A model generated the notes under the pieces. The model had not been told where the DNA came from, made no database searches, and saw only the letters and a program-made list of their open reading frames with translations. Both the position numbers and the translations under genes were made by a program. From NCBI GenBank assembly GCA_002420305.1, contig DIHT01000133.1, positions 2,261-66,260 of the forward strand: a stretch of 64,000 bases of DNA, written 5' to 3'. Below, in pieces: positions 1 through 9,146 of this stretch (positions are counted from its first letter, which is position 1; the number at the start of each line of letters is the position of its first letter). This DNA is from Akkermansiaceae bacterium UBA5689 (lineage in GTDB: Bacteria > Verrucomicrobiota > Verrucomicrobiia > Verrucomicrobiales > Akkermansiaceae).

Positions 1-242
1 GAACACCTGGTGACCCGCAGCTATTTGGCGTTCGGGTCGACCTCGATATCTGGTAAAAACGTCCAAATACCCTTTAAGAGCCCTCGGAATGAGGGGAATG
101 GAGGCTGAAGATCTGCATGTTTTGGTGTTTTGTGTGTTCTTCAATATCTGGTAGAAGCCAGCCATTCAGGCGTTCCCTGAACTGCCACCATCAGTTAAAG
201 GCGGGGAAGAGATCGCAAGTTACCCCGCATAGAACACGATTC

Positions 243-2522
243 ATGACCAAGCTCCGACTCCCGGCAATCCTGCCCATGGTAGGGATATTCGCACTCGCTT
301 CCTCCAGCATGGCGGCTCCTCCCAAGGCTTCTGGCCTTTTAAGCTGGAGGGGTCCAGACCAGACGGGTGCTCTTCCAGGGAAGGGATACCCGGAGAAGTG
401 GGGAGGACCCGGGGGAGAAAACCACCTCTGGACGCACAAGGTGAAAGGCGGGGGGACTCCGGTCATAGCCAACGGGAAGCTTTACTCATTTGGCTACTAC
501 GACAATCCCAAGGATCTCAGCGATGTTCAAGAGGCTCTGATCTGCTTGGACCCGGAGACGGGAGAACTGGTGTGGGAATACCGGTTTAGCGATTTTATCA
601 GCGACGTAGTCTACAACCGCTACGCGGTGGGCTCTCCCATTGTCGATGCCGCAACAGGGAACGTTTACATGCAGAGTTCGAACGGACGCCTGATGGCATT
701 CACTGCGGATGGTAAGAGGCTGTGGGAGCATTCCCTGGTGGAAAAGCTTGCCAGGCTGACCTTTCCTAACGGGCGAACAGGGTCGCTGGGACTCCAGGGA
801 CCCGTTGTGATTGTTCACTGCGTAACTGCCAACTGGGGCACTACGGGTCCTGCTCGGGACCGGCTCTACGCGTTCGATAAAATCACCGGAGAGCTTGTGT
901 GGTATTCGACACCCGGGACCGTGCCGGACGACAGTTCGTTCTCCATGCCAGTGTATGCCACCATCGATGGCCACCGGGTGGGTTACACAGGACACGGGTG
1001 TGGGAACCTGACGAGCGTGGACATGCGGACCGGCAAGCCGCTCTGGCGCTTCCAGTTTGCTAAGGGCGGGGTTAATTCCCAGATTCTCAAGTATGGTGAG
1101 GACAAGCTCATCGCGATCCATGGAAAGGAAAACGTGGATACGACCGCGAAGGGGCGGCTCATATGTCTCAAGGTTCCAACGACCTATAATGCGGGGAAAC
1201 CAGCAATTTTGCCGGCAAGCGCGGAGGTCTGGCGTAATGAGGATCATGTCGCCTTTACGAGTTCTCCAACTCTGGTCGGCAACAGGATCTTTAGCACGAT
1301 CGCAACGGGTGAGCTGGTATGCGTGGATGCCGATACAGGTAAAACAGTGTGGAAAAAGAAGCTTGGTCCCGACCAGCTTCATGCTTCCCCGGCCTTTGCC
1401 GATGGCAAGCTCTACGTGCCGCTGGCAGACGGAATGTTCTATATCCTCAAGCCTGGAGAAGAGGGCGCGGAGGAGCTGACCAAGCTTCACCTTCACACTC
1501 CATGTCTCGGCACGCCGGCCTTATGGGGAGGGAAGTGTTTCCTGATGACCAAGGATGGCCTGCACTGCTTCGGCGCGAAGGGCGCCGCCGCTGACAAGCC
1601 CGGAGAGGAATTGCCCTCCGAGGAAGTTGGTCCAGTCGCGCAGATCCAGATCGTGCCAGCTGAGTTCGCCCTGACTCCCGGAAGCAAGCAGACCTTCACC
1701 ATCTGGGGCCTTGATGATAAGGGACGCCGGGTGAAAAAAATGGAGGGTGCAGAGTGGGAAGCTTTTATTCCTCCAACAGCCAGGGTGAAGGCAAAAGTTG
1801 ACGCCTCTTTCGAGGGAGACACCCTTTCGGCAGGAGCGGATGCGAAGCTCTCGGCTGGTGCTTTCAAGGCCAGCGTCGATGGAATGAGCGCAACAACCCG
1901 TGGCCGGGTGATCGCTACTCTCGGCTATGAGGCAGATTTCGAGGGAACGCCCCTCCCCATGAAGAACGATAAGGGAGAAGCGGTGAACTTTCCGCCGTTG
2001 CCCTGGCTCGGCGCCCGGATCAAGTGGCATGTCCTCCAGCATGATGGCAGCCAGGTGATCGCCAATCGGTTGGACAATGTGCTCTTCCAGCGAACGATGA
2101 ACTTCTTTGGTGATCCTGAGCTAAGTGATTACGTGCTGGAGGCAGACGTTGCGACCGACGGGAATCGTCGGGTAATGTCCACAATCGGGCTCGTGAACCA
2201 GCGCTACCTGATTACCTTGGATGGCAACCGCCGAATTCTGGAGGTGAGCTCCAATCACGAGAGGGTTAAGGAGAGCGTGAAGTTTCCGATCCGTCCAAAT
2301 ACCTGGTATCACCTCAAGACCCACGTTCTCCGGGGCGAGGATGGGGGAGGTTCGGTGCGCGCCAAGGCGTGGTTGCGTGATCAGCCTGAGCCCGAAGAAT
2401 GGACCATTGAGGTTAAACTCGACGACGTTCACGAGAAGGGGGCCCCCGGAATCTTCGCATTTTCGCCACAAGTTCAAAAACGAGTTTATATCGATAATAT
2501 TAAACTTTCTGCTGCCGAGTAG
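243..2522 (+). CDS. Secreted PQQ-like beta-propeller repeat protein with an Ig-like (Big_2-like) segment and a C-terminal LamG/DUF1080-like jelly-roll region
   Basis: ORF 117..2522. Start trimmed to ATG 243, which gives the signal peptide MTKLRLPAILPMVGIFALASSSMAAPP. Repeated blade motif D-x-x-TG-x-x-x-W (LICLDPETGELVWEY, LYAFDKITGELVWYS, LTSVDMRTGKPLWRF, LVCVDADTGKTVWKK). Ig-like stretch QIQIVPAEFALTPGSKQTFTIWGLDDKGR. About 200 aa of beta-rich C-terminus. Confidence 0.75.
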   Translation: MTKLRLPAILPMVGIFALASSSMAAPPKASGLLSWRGPDQTGALPGKGYPEKWGGPGGENHLWTHKVKGGGTPVIANGKLYSFGYYDNPKDLSDVQEALICLDPETGELVWEYRFSDFISDVVYNRYAVGSPIVDAATGNVYMQSSNGRLMAFTADGKRLWEHSLVEKLARLTFPNGRTGSLGLQGPVVIVHCVTANWGTTGPARDRLYAFDKITGELVWYSTPGTVPDDSSFSMPVYATIDGHRVGYTGHGCGNLTSVDMRTGKPLWRFQFAKGGVNSQILKYGEDKLIAIHGKENVDTTAKGRLICLKVPTTYNAGKPAILPASAEVWRNEDHVAFTSSPTLVGNRIFSTIATGELVCVDADTGKTVWKKKLGPDQLHASPAFADGKLYVPLADGMFYILKPGEEGAEELTKLHLHTPCLGTPALWGGKCFLMTKDGLHCFGAKGAAADKPGEELPSEEVGPVAQIQIVPAEFALTPGSKQTFTIWGLDDKGRRVKKMEGAEWEAFIPPTARVKAKVDASFEGDTLSAGADAKLSAGAFKASVDGMSATTRGRVIATLGYEADFEGTPLPMKNDKGEAVNFPPLPWLGARIKWHVLQHDGSQVIANRLDNVLFQRTMNFFGDPELSDYVLEADVATDGNRRVMSTIGLVNQRYLITLDGNRRILEVSSNHERVKESVKFPIRPNTWYHLKTHVLRGEDGGGSVRAKAWLRDQPEPEEWTIEVKLDDVHEKGAPGIFAFSPQVQKRVYIDNIKLSAAE

Positions 2523-2546
2523 ATAACCATCCAACACCGTTCAGAC

Positions 2547-4376
2547 ATGAAACCTAAATCTGTTTATCCGTTCATTATCAGCCTTGGAGCCCTTGTGGGG
2601 TTCTCGTCCTGCCAGGACCAGGGGGACCCTGCTGCTGCCTCTGGTGACGCGGGTGGTCTCGCTGGGGGCGAAGCGCCTGTTGCCACTGAGCAGCCTGGTG
2701 GCGGGCCCCGGGAATGGCCCACATGGGGTCGCGATGGATCGCGCAACATGGTGGGCAACGCTGCCAACCTGCCTGTTGAGGTCAACCCCGGGGAAATGGA
2801 TGATGAAACCGAGGAAATTGATCTCACGGGGGCAAAGAATATTCGCTGGGTGGCCAAGTTAGGCTCGCAATCCTACGGGACAACATCGGTGGCCTATGGG
2901 AAAGTATTTGCGGGAACGAATAATGAATCTCCCCGGGACAAACGCAACGTGGTCGATCGCGGTAACCTGATGTGCTTTGATGAGAAGACAGGGGACTTTC
3001 TCTGGCAGCTTGTGTCGCCTAAGCTCGGAGCCCGCAAGGTCAGCGACTGGGAATACGTCGGGCTGTGCTCCTCACCTGCCGTGGAGGAAGATCGGCTCTG
3101 GGTAGTGACCAACCGGGGCGAGGTTGTCTGCCTCGATATGAATGGCCTTGCCGATGGCAATGATGGGCCCTTCCAGGACGAGCAAAAGTATTACGGCGCA
3201 GGCCTCTCGGGGATGGCCAAGGCACGCGATGTCACAGTTGATGGCGAGACCCGGACTCTTTCGGACGCCAGCGCTACTTTGGTTGAATCTCTGACCAAGC
3301 AGATTGAAGGCGGGCTTGAAGGAGACGCACTCAAGGGGGCCATTGGCCGGCGGAAGGGAGCCTTCGCCGAGGGCGCTCCTAAAATCGACGAAACCTACGC
3401 TGACATCCTCTGGGTGTTCGATATGCGGGACGCAGACAATGGTGTTGGCGCGTTCCCCCACAATGTCTCAAGCTGCTCTCCCCTGATTCATGGGGACATT
3501 CTCTATACTTCAACATCGAACGGGGTCGACTGGTCTCACACCAACATTCCCGGGGAGTTCATTCCCGGGCTGATCGCCCTCGACAAAAACACAGGAAAAC
3601 TACTTGGAGAAGAGGTCTCGGGCGTTTCTGAGCGAGTGCTCCACGCAAGCTGGAGCTCTCCGGCAGTCGGTAAGGCCAAGGGTGAAGATGTTCTTGTCTG
3701 GGGGGGCGGAGATGGTTTTGCATACGGGTTCAATCCGGTCCCTGTAATGGATGAGGATGAGGGAATTCCGATTCTCAAAGAGCTCTGGCGCTACGATGGC
3801 AACCCTCCGCATTTTCGTAAGAAGCCGGATGGAACCCCGATCAAGTATGCCACCTTTAAAGGGCCTAACGATATTATCGGAACGACTGTGATTCATGAAG
3901 GCCTTGTCTATTTTGCGATTGGCCAAGACCCGGAACATGGAGATGGAGTTGGCATGCTGAGCTGTGTTGACGCCAGCGCGACAGGGGATTTGAGCGGCAA
4001 GGCCGTATGGACCTACGAATATGGCGATGGATCAGGCATCGGACGCTCGATTTCGACCCCAAGCATTACGGATGATGGTCTTGTGATCTGCGCTGAGTAT
4101 GACGGAGACATTCACTGCGTGGATGCCAAGACCGGAAAGCAATACTGGGTCCATGAGACCGGGAGTCGGGTATGGTCTTCGACCTTGGTCGCTGACGGGA
4201 AGATTTTCCTCGGCACGGAGGATGGCGAAGTAGTCATTCTGGCCGCCGCAAAGGAGAAGAAGCACCTTGGGACTATCGAGCTCCATGCGCCAATTTATAG
4301 CTCTGCGGTCGTTGCCAATGACACGGTTTATATAGCCAGCCAAACTCACCTTTACGCTATCGGGACGGTTGAGTAG
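2547..4376 (+). CDS. PQQ-like beta-propeller repeat lipoprotein
   Basis: Lipobox-like N-terminus MKPKSVYPFIISLGALVGFSSC followed by a low-complexity linker. Blade motifs LMCFDEKTGDFLWQL, LIALDKNTGKLLGEE, IHCVDAKTGKQYWVH. Confidence 0.75.
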   Translation: MKPKSVYPFIISLGALVGFSSCQDQGDPAAASGDAGGLAGGEAPVATEQPGGGPREWPTWGRDGSRNMVGNAANLPVEVNPGEMDDETEEIDLTGAKNIRWVAKLGSQSYGTTSVAYGKVFAGTNNESPRDKRNVVDRGNLMCFDEKTGDFLWQLVSPKLGARKVSDWEYVGLCSSPAVEEDRLWVVTNRGEVVCLDMNGLADGNDGPFQDEQKYYGAGLSGMAKARDVTVDGETRTLSDASATLVESLTKQIEGGLEGDALKGAIGRRKGAFAEGAPKIDETYADILWVFDMRDADNGVGAFPHNVSSCSPLIHGDILYTSTSNGVDWSHTNIPGEFIPGLIALDKNTGKLLGEEVSGVSERVLHASWSSPAVGKAKGEDVLVWGGGDGFAYGFNPVPVMDEDEGIPILKELWRYDGNPPHFRKKPDGTPIKYATFKGPNDIIGTTVIHEGLVYFAIGQDPEHGDGVGMLSCVDASATGDLSGKAVWTYEYGDGSGIGRSISTPSITDDGLVICAEYDGDIHCVDAKTGKQYWVHETGSRVWSSTLVADGKIFLGTEDGEVVILAAAKEKKHLGTIELHAPIYSSAVVANDTVYIASQTHLYAIGTVE

Positions 4377-4469
4377 AGGGGACAAGGTTCAATCTGCTTC
4401 GGGTAGACGCCGTCCTCGCCCCATAAGAACAAGAAATCCTCCCTGGTCCGCAGCCCGACCCTGAATGGC

Positions 4470-4706
4470 ATGAAAAAAACTTCCGTTGCTTTCCTTCTTA
4501 TTTTTGTCGCCCTTGCTGTTCTTCATCAGGACGCATGGAACTGGAGCAGTTCCCATCTGGTTTTTGGCTTCATGCCCGTCGGGCTGGCGTATCACGCACT
4601 GTATTCCCTGACGGCCGCCCTCTTCTGGGGAATCGTGATCAAGTTCGCTTGGCCTGAGGACTTGGAGCAGTGGGCCGAAGAGGGAGAGAAGAACTCAACA
4701 CCTTAA
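4470..4706 (+). CDS. DUF3311-family small membrane protein (accessory subunit usually found next to SSS symporters)
   Basis: 78 aa with two TM segments (VAFLLIFVALAVL, HALYSLTAALFWGIVI). Stops 11 nt before the symporter start, the typical pairing. Confidence 0.7.
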   Translation: MKKTSVAFLLIFVALAVLHQDAWNWSSSHLVFGFMPVGLAYHALYSLTAALFWGIVIKFAWPEDLEQWAEEGEKNSTP

Positions 4707-4717
4707 ATTTAAGAATC

Positions 4718-6409
4718 ATGGCAACCGTATGGGTGATAGTCTGCTACTTGGGAGCTCTTCTCGCGTTCGCGCTGGGCTCCAAGGTTCTCTTTCGCGGCAC
4801 AAGTAACGATTACTTTGTCGCCAGCCGTTCAATCGGACCGTTCATGCTCCTCATGTCGGTTTTCGGAACGACCATGACCGCGTTTGCGCTGGTTGGGTCT
4901 ACAGGGAAAGCCTTCGAGCGTGGGATAGGAACCTACGGACTGATGGCGTCCTCTTCCGGGCTCATTCACGCAGCTTGTTTCTTTTTGATCGGAGTAAAGA
5001 TCTGGTCCATTGGGAAGCGCCACGGGTTTGTGACTCAGATCCAGTTTTTTCGCGCCCGTTTCGGCTCCAACGGACTTGGGTATCTCCTTTTTCCCATTTT
5101 CGTGCTTCTGGTCATTCCCTACCTGCTTATTGGAGTTATTGGTGCGGGCAAGACGCTCCAGCCGGCTACGGCCGGCGCCTTTCCTGAGCTTTTCCAGAGC
5201 GAAAACCCGATCCTGAATGGGGGAGTGCCGCCCTGGCTCACTGGCTTGGTTATCTGCGGCGTTGTCCTGGCCTATATTTTTGCGGGCGGCTCTCGGGCCG
5301 CAGCGTGGGCCAATACTTTCCAGACCTTGGTATTTATGGGGATGGGGCTGGTCGCATTTGTGCTCATTTATAATGTTCTCGGACAGGCGGGAAGCCCAAC
5401 CAATGTTGCCGCGCGTGTGACAGAGCAGGGTGAGGTTGTGCAGGACTACGCGTTTGACAAAGCCTCGGGGAAATTAGTCAAAGCGGAGAAGCCGAAGGTT
5501 ATTGGAAAACTCAAGCACCCGGAGGAGGCGGAGCAATGGGCAGGAAAGCAACCCCACCTGACGAGAGACGAGGTCGAGATCATTTACAAGGCCAAGAATC
5601 CTAAAACCAAGGAGGTGGTCGCCAAGACACGCGAGGTGGGAGTACCGTGGTTGATGTTCCTCAGCTATATGTTCATTCCCCTGAGCGTGGGCATGTTCCC
5701 GCACCTGTTCCAGCATTGGCTTACTGCGAAAAGCGCGAAAGCATTCAAGCTTACTTTGGTAGCCCACCCGCTGTGCATTATGATAGTGTGGGTGCCCTGT
5801 GTGCTGATCGGGATCTGGGCCAGCGGGCTGCTCCCTTGGGGCATGCCCCCCGCGGCAATTCTGTCAAATGTTCTCAAGACCTTGATAGGGAACCCCATTC
5901 TTACGGGTATGCTGACAGCTGGAATTCTTGCAGCCATCATGTCTTCACTGGATTCACAATTCCTGTGCCTGGGCACAATCTTCACGAACGATGTGGTCCT
6001 GCATAATTCTAAGAAAGAGTACACCGATAAGCAGATTCTCTTCATGGCGAGGAGCTTCGTGGTCGGCATCGTGGCTGTGACCTACGTGCTGGCTCTTCTC
6101 CTCCAAAATCAGAACGTCTTCGACCTTGCAGTCTGGTGCTTCTCTGGCTTTGCGGCCCTCACGCCCCTTGTGATTGCCGCGCTTTACTGGCGGCGGGCGA
6201 CCGCTGCGGGGGCATTCGCGAGCGTGATTACAGTCGTGGTGACTTGGTTCACCTTTTTTGCGATGTCAGGCTTCGGGGGGGAGTTTACCGTGATGGGCGG
6301 AATTATGCCGGCTGCCATTTGTTGGGTAGCGGGCGCTCTGGCAATGGTGGTTGTTTCGCTCGCTACCAAGCCGCCCGCCAAGGAGACGGTGGACAAGTTT
6401 TTCGTATAA
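4718..6409 (+). CDS. Sodium:solute symporter (SSS/SSF) family transporter
   Basis: ORF 4670..6409, start trimmed to ATG 4718 (MATVWVIVCYLGALLAF). About 13 hydrophobic segments. SSS-like N-terminus YFVASRSIGPF. Contains a charged hydrophilic insertion of about 85 aa (nt ~5390-5645). Confidence 0.8.
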   Translation: MATVWVIVCYLGALLAFALGSKVLFRGTSNDYFVASRSIGPFMLLMSVFGTTMTAFALVGSTGKAFERGIGTYGLMASSSGLIHAACFFLIGVKIWSIGKRHGFVTQIQFFRARFGSNGLGYLLFPIFVLLVIPYLLIGVIGAGKTLQPATAGAFPELFQSENPILNGGVPPWLTGLVICGVVLAYIFAGGSRAAAWANTFQTLVFMGMGLVAFVLIYNVLGQAGSPTNVAARVTEQGEVVQDYAFDKASGKLVKAEKPKVIGKLKHPEEAEQWAGKQPHLTRDEVEIIYKAKNPKTKEVVAKTREVGVPWLMFLSYMFIPLSVGMFPHLFQHWLTAKSAKAFKLTLVAHPLCIMIVWVPCVLIGIWASGLLPWGMPPAAILSNVLKTLIGNPILTGMLTAGILAAIMSSLDSQFLCLGTIFTNDVVLHNSKKEYTDKQILFMARSFVVGIVAVTYVLALLLQNQNVFDLAVWCFSGFAALTPLVIAALYWRRATAAGAFASVITVVVTWFTFFAMSGFGGEFTVMGGIMPAAICWVAGALAMVVVSLATKPPAKETVDKFFV

Positions 6410-6542
6410 GGCGAAAATGCCCCGACAGGGGCGCATTCATGCCAGTATTCAGGAATAATTCCCCCTACCGCGGGATCGTGGGACTTGCGGGATTGTCAGA
6501 AAGGAGTAGGGATATGCCCCATCACCAAGGAATTGATTAGAT

Positions 6543-7613
6543 ATGAGCTGTGATTTGACCGTGGAAGAAGCCCGTGCGGCACTGGATGAGCGTGTTCGAG
6601 AAAGCATGCAATGGCACTTTTCGCCGGAGACGGGGTGCCCTTACTGGCTAGAAAGAGCCTCCAGCCTGGGATTCGACCCTCGGACGGAGGTGACGTGCTT
6701 CGCGGATATCCAGAAATTTCCAAACTTTGATGATGAGGTTCTCAGGAAAGAGGATCCCAGTCGATTTATCCCCAAGGCGTTTGAAGGCAGGCCTTTCAAT
6801 GTATTCGAGACCGGAGGCACCACCGGGATGCCGAAGCAGCGGATTGGTTGGGACGATTACAAGACCGATTACTCGGAGTTCAGTGACCACTACCCTTCCG
6901 ACTTTTTTCCCCAGGGGGGGAATTGGCTCATGGTGGGCCCCACCGGGCCAAGGCGCTTGCGACTTTCCATTGAGCATCTAGCTAATCGGCGGGGAGGGGC
7001 CTGCTTTTTCATCGACCTTGATCCTCGTTGGGTGAAGCGCCTGATTGCGGACGGAGAATACTCGATGGCCCGAAAGTATCAGGAGCATGTCATCGATCAG
7101 GCCGTTACCATTATCCGGCATCGAGACATCAAGTGCCTCTTTACCACACCCAAGCTGCTCGAGAGTCTTGCTGAGCGGATGTCGCTGGTTGATGGAGGGA
7201 TTAAGGGCGTGTTTGCCGGGGGAACGACGATGACTCCTCAATATGTCCGCTTCATTGAGGAGGAGGTACTGGAGGGCAAAATCAATTATGCCCCAACCTA
7301 CGGGAACACCTTGATGGGCCTTGCAATTAGCCGGAAGCGGGAGCCAGGAGAGTACAGCCTGACTTACTATGCGCCCCAGCCCCGTGCCGTCCTGCGAATC
7401 GTAGACCCAGAGGATTCGACCCGCGATATGGAATATGGGGACTATGGCCGGGTGGAACTCACAACCATGACCAAGGAGTTTTTCGTGCCTCGCTTTCTTG
7501 AGCGGGATGAGGCCATTCGGAGAGAGCCATGTGGGGAATTTCCTTGGGACGGGGTGGGAGATGTAAGGCCCTTTCAGAGCGGAACGAAGCAGGTGATTGA
7601 AGGCGTCTACTAA
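6543..7613 (+). CDS. Short adenylate-forming enzyme, PaaK/LuxE-like (acyl-AMP or acyl-protein synthetase type)
   Basis: 356 aa. P-loop-like motif FETGGTTGMPKQR (compare SSGTTGKP in PaaK and TSSGTNG in LuxE). Second glycine motif GVFAGGTTMTPQ. LuxE-like length, without the full C-terminal subdomain of PaaK. Confidence 0.55.
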   Translation: MSCDLTVEEARAALDERVRESMQWHFSPETGCPYWLERASSLGFDPRTEVTCFADIQKFPNFDDEVLRKEDPSRFIPKAFEGRPFNVFETGGTTGMPKQRIGWDDYKTDYSEFSDHYPSDFFPQGGNWLMVGPTGPRRLRLSIEHLANRRGGACFFIDLDPRWVKRLIADGEYSMARKYQEHVIDQAVTIIRHRDIKCLFTTPKLLESLAERMSLVDGGIKGVFAGGTTMTPQYVRFIEEEVLEGKINYAPTYGNTLMGLAISRKREPGEYSLTYYAPQPRAVLRIVDPEDSTRDMEYGDYGRVELTTMTKEFFVPRFLERDEAIRREPCGEFPWDGVGDVRPFQSGTKQVIEGVY

Positions 7614-7700
7614 ACGAGAGGACCCAAAGACTCGGCATTCGAAACGGAACACACCAACGAGAAACTTGAACCCCCGGAGCTTTAAAGCGCTCCACTGAAT

Positions 7701-9140
7701 ATGATGAGTAAGGAAACGCATATACCGGTCCTGCGCCTCGGCGAGGAATACCATAGCCTCGATACCGTTGAGCTGGAGTCCGCAGCAGGCAATGCGGTCT
7801 ACACCCATACGGCGAATCCCGGCCTGATACGTCGGGACATTCTCAACCTCGAGAAATCAAAGGCCGCCTTAGAGGCTGTGCCTGCAGAGACCCTTGCGGA
7901 CTATTGCGAGGCCGCTGCAGAACTCTTCCTCCACGAGGAGCTTCCAGTCGGTAACAGCACTCAGAGTCCCCAGCAATATATCGAGTCTCTGTCGGCGCTG
8001 ACCAAGCTTCCCCACACGCTCGTAAGGATGAACATGGGCAAAGTTCACGCAGCGATGTCGCAGATCCGGACGGTGATCGGAGGTCTGACCCGCAATCTTC
8101 CGTTAGAGCTTTTTGATCGGGGTCTTTCGGCGGTCGATGATCTTGAGGTGAATTTCTATCCAGTGGCCGATGCTCTGGGGGTTTCTCTCCCCAGCAATGC
8201 ACCTGCGGTAAACTCGTTGTGGCTGCCTGCGCCAGTTCTGAAGATTCCGGTCCTGTTGAAACCAGGCCGGGAAGACCCCTTTACTCCCCTGCGTATCGTT
8301 CAGTCCCTGATTGCTGCAGGATTCCCGAAAGAAGCATTCGGGTTTTATCCCACGACTCACGAGGGTGGGGACACCATTCTCATGACCTGTGGTCGTGGCA
8401 TCGCGTTTGGAAGTGACGCCACGGTCCGAAAGTATTCGGGCTTTCCGAGTATTCAGGTCCATGGCACAGGGAGGAGCAAGATCCTTATCGGAGATGATTA
8501 TCTCGGCAAATGGGCCGATCATACGGAGACTCTGGTGGAGTCAATCTCGGCCAACGGAGGCCGAAGCTGCATCAACACCTCTGCGATTCTTGTTCCATCC
8601 GGGCGAGATGAACTGGCGGATGCCGTAGCGCGTGACCTTGCGGCTATCGAACCTCTCCCTAGGGATCATGAGGATGCACTTCTTTGCGGATTTTCGAACA
8701 CCGAATGGGCTGGATCGATCAATGACCTCATTGATGAGCACCTCAAGGTGGAGGGCGCGGAAGATGTCACAGCGCGTTATCGGAGCGGCTCCCGTCTTGT
8801 TGAGATGCATGGTCAGACGTATCTGCGGCCGACGTTGATTTCCTGCGCGGACCCGGGGCACCCTCTCGCAAACACGGAATTCATGTTTCCTTTTGCCAGT
8901 GTGACGGAAATGCCGCAGAGCCAAATGCTTGAGGAGATTGGGGAGACTCTGGTTGTTTCCGCTTGGACTGAGGACGCGGCCTGGATTCGCGACCTGATGA
9001 ATTCACCCGATATCGAGCGGCTCAATATTGGACCCTTCCCGACCAATCGGGTTCAATGGGAGCAGCCGCACGAAGGCAATTTGTTCGAGTTTCTGTTCCG
9101 GCGGCGCGCTATCCAGGGGAATCTTGCCGCAGTGAGCTGA
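7701..9140 (+). CDS. Aldehyde dehydrogenase superfamily protein, LuxC-like acyl-CoA/acyl-protein reductase candidate
   Basis: 479 aa. ALDH-type motifs SLPSNAPAVNSLW and VLLKPGREDPFTP. Catalytic-Cys context GGRSCINTSAILV (Cys about residue 290). Size and Cys position match LuxC-type reductases. Confidence 0.6.
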   Translation: MMSKETHIPVLRLGEEYHSLDTVELESAAGNAVYTHTANPGLIRRDILNLEKSKAALEAVPAETLADYCEAAAELFLHEELPVGNSTQSPQQYIESLSALTKLPHTLVRMNMGKVHAAMSQIRTVIGGLTRNLPLELFDRGLSAVDDLEVNFYPVADALGVSLPSNAPAVNSLWLPAPVLKIPVLLKPGREDPFTPLRIVQSLIAAGFPKEAFGFYPTTHEGGDTILMTCGRGIAFGSDATVRKYSGFPSIQVHGTGRSKILIGDDYLGKWADHTETLVESISANGGRSCINTSAILVPSGRDELADAVARDLAAIEPLPRDHEDALLCGFSNTEWAGSINDLIDEHLKVEGAEDVTARYRSGSRLVEMHGQTYLRPTLISCADPGHPLANTEFMFPFASVTEMPQSQMLEEIGETLVVSAWTEDAAWIRDLMNSPDIERLNIGPFPTNRVQWEQPHEGNLFEFLFRRRAIQGNLAAVS

Positions 9141-9146
9141 TTCAGG

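Noticed and set aside
117-242. N-terminal extensions of tracked ORFs (117-242, 4670-4717, 27005-27064, 28362-28397, 28742-28792, 29379-29495, 30686-30814, 38214-38366, 40852-41034, 50854-50889, 61575-61616)
   Set aside because: In each case an internal ATG gives a canonical signal peptide or the conserved family N-terminus. The upstream residues are Arg/Cys/Pro-rich and atypical. Starts were therefore trimmed.
486-1496. 336-aa minus-strand ORF opposite the first propeller gene. Similar long antisense ORFs occur at 6978-7808, 32017-32970, 44187-44990, 53920-54702 and 55924-56823.
   Set aside because: Each is fully embedded antisense to a gene with clear family motifs. Compositions are low-complexity, and the ORFs have no signal or domain features. 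I treat them as non-coding shadows.
6416-6437. Hairpin AATGCCCC-GACA-GGGGCGCATT after the symporter stop, considered as a terminator
   Set aside because: It has only 5 uninterrupted base pairs plus a bulged extension and no U-tract. That is too weak to call a terminator.
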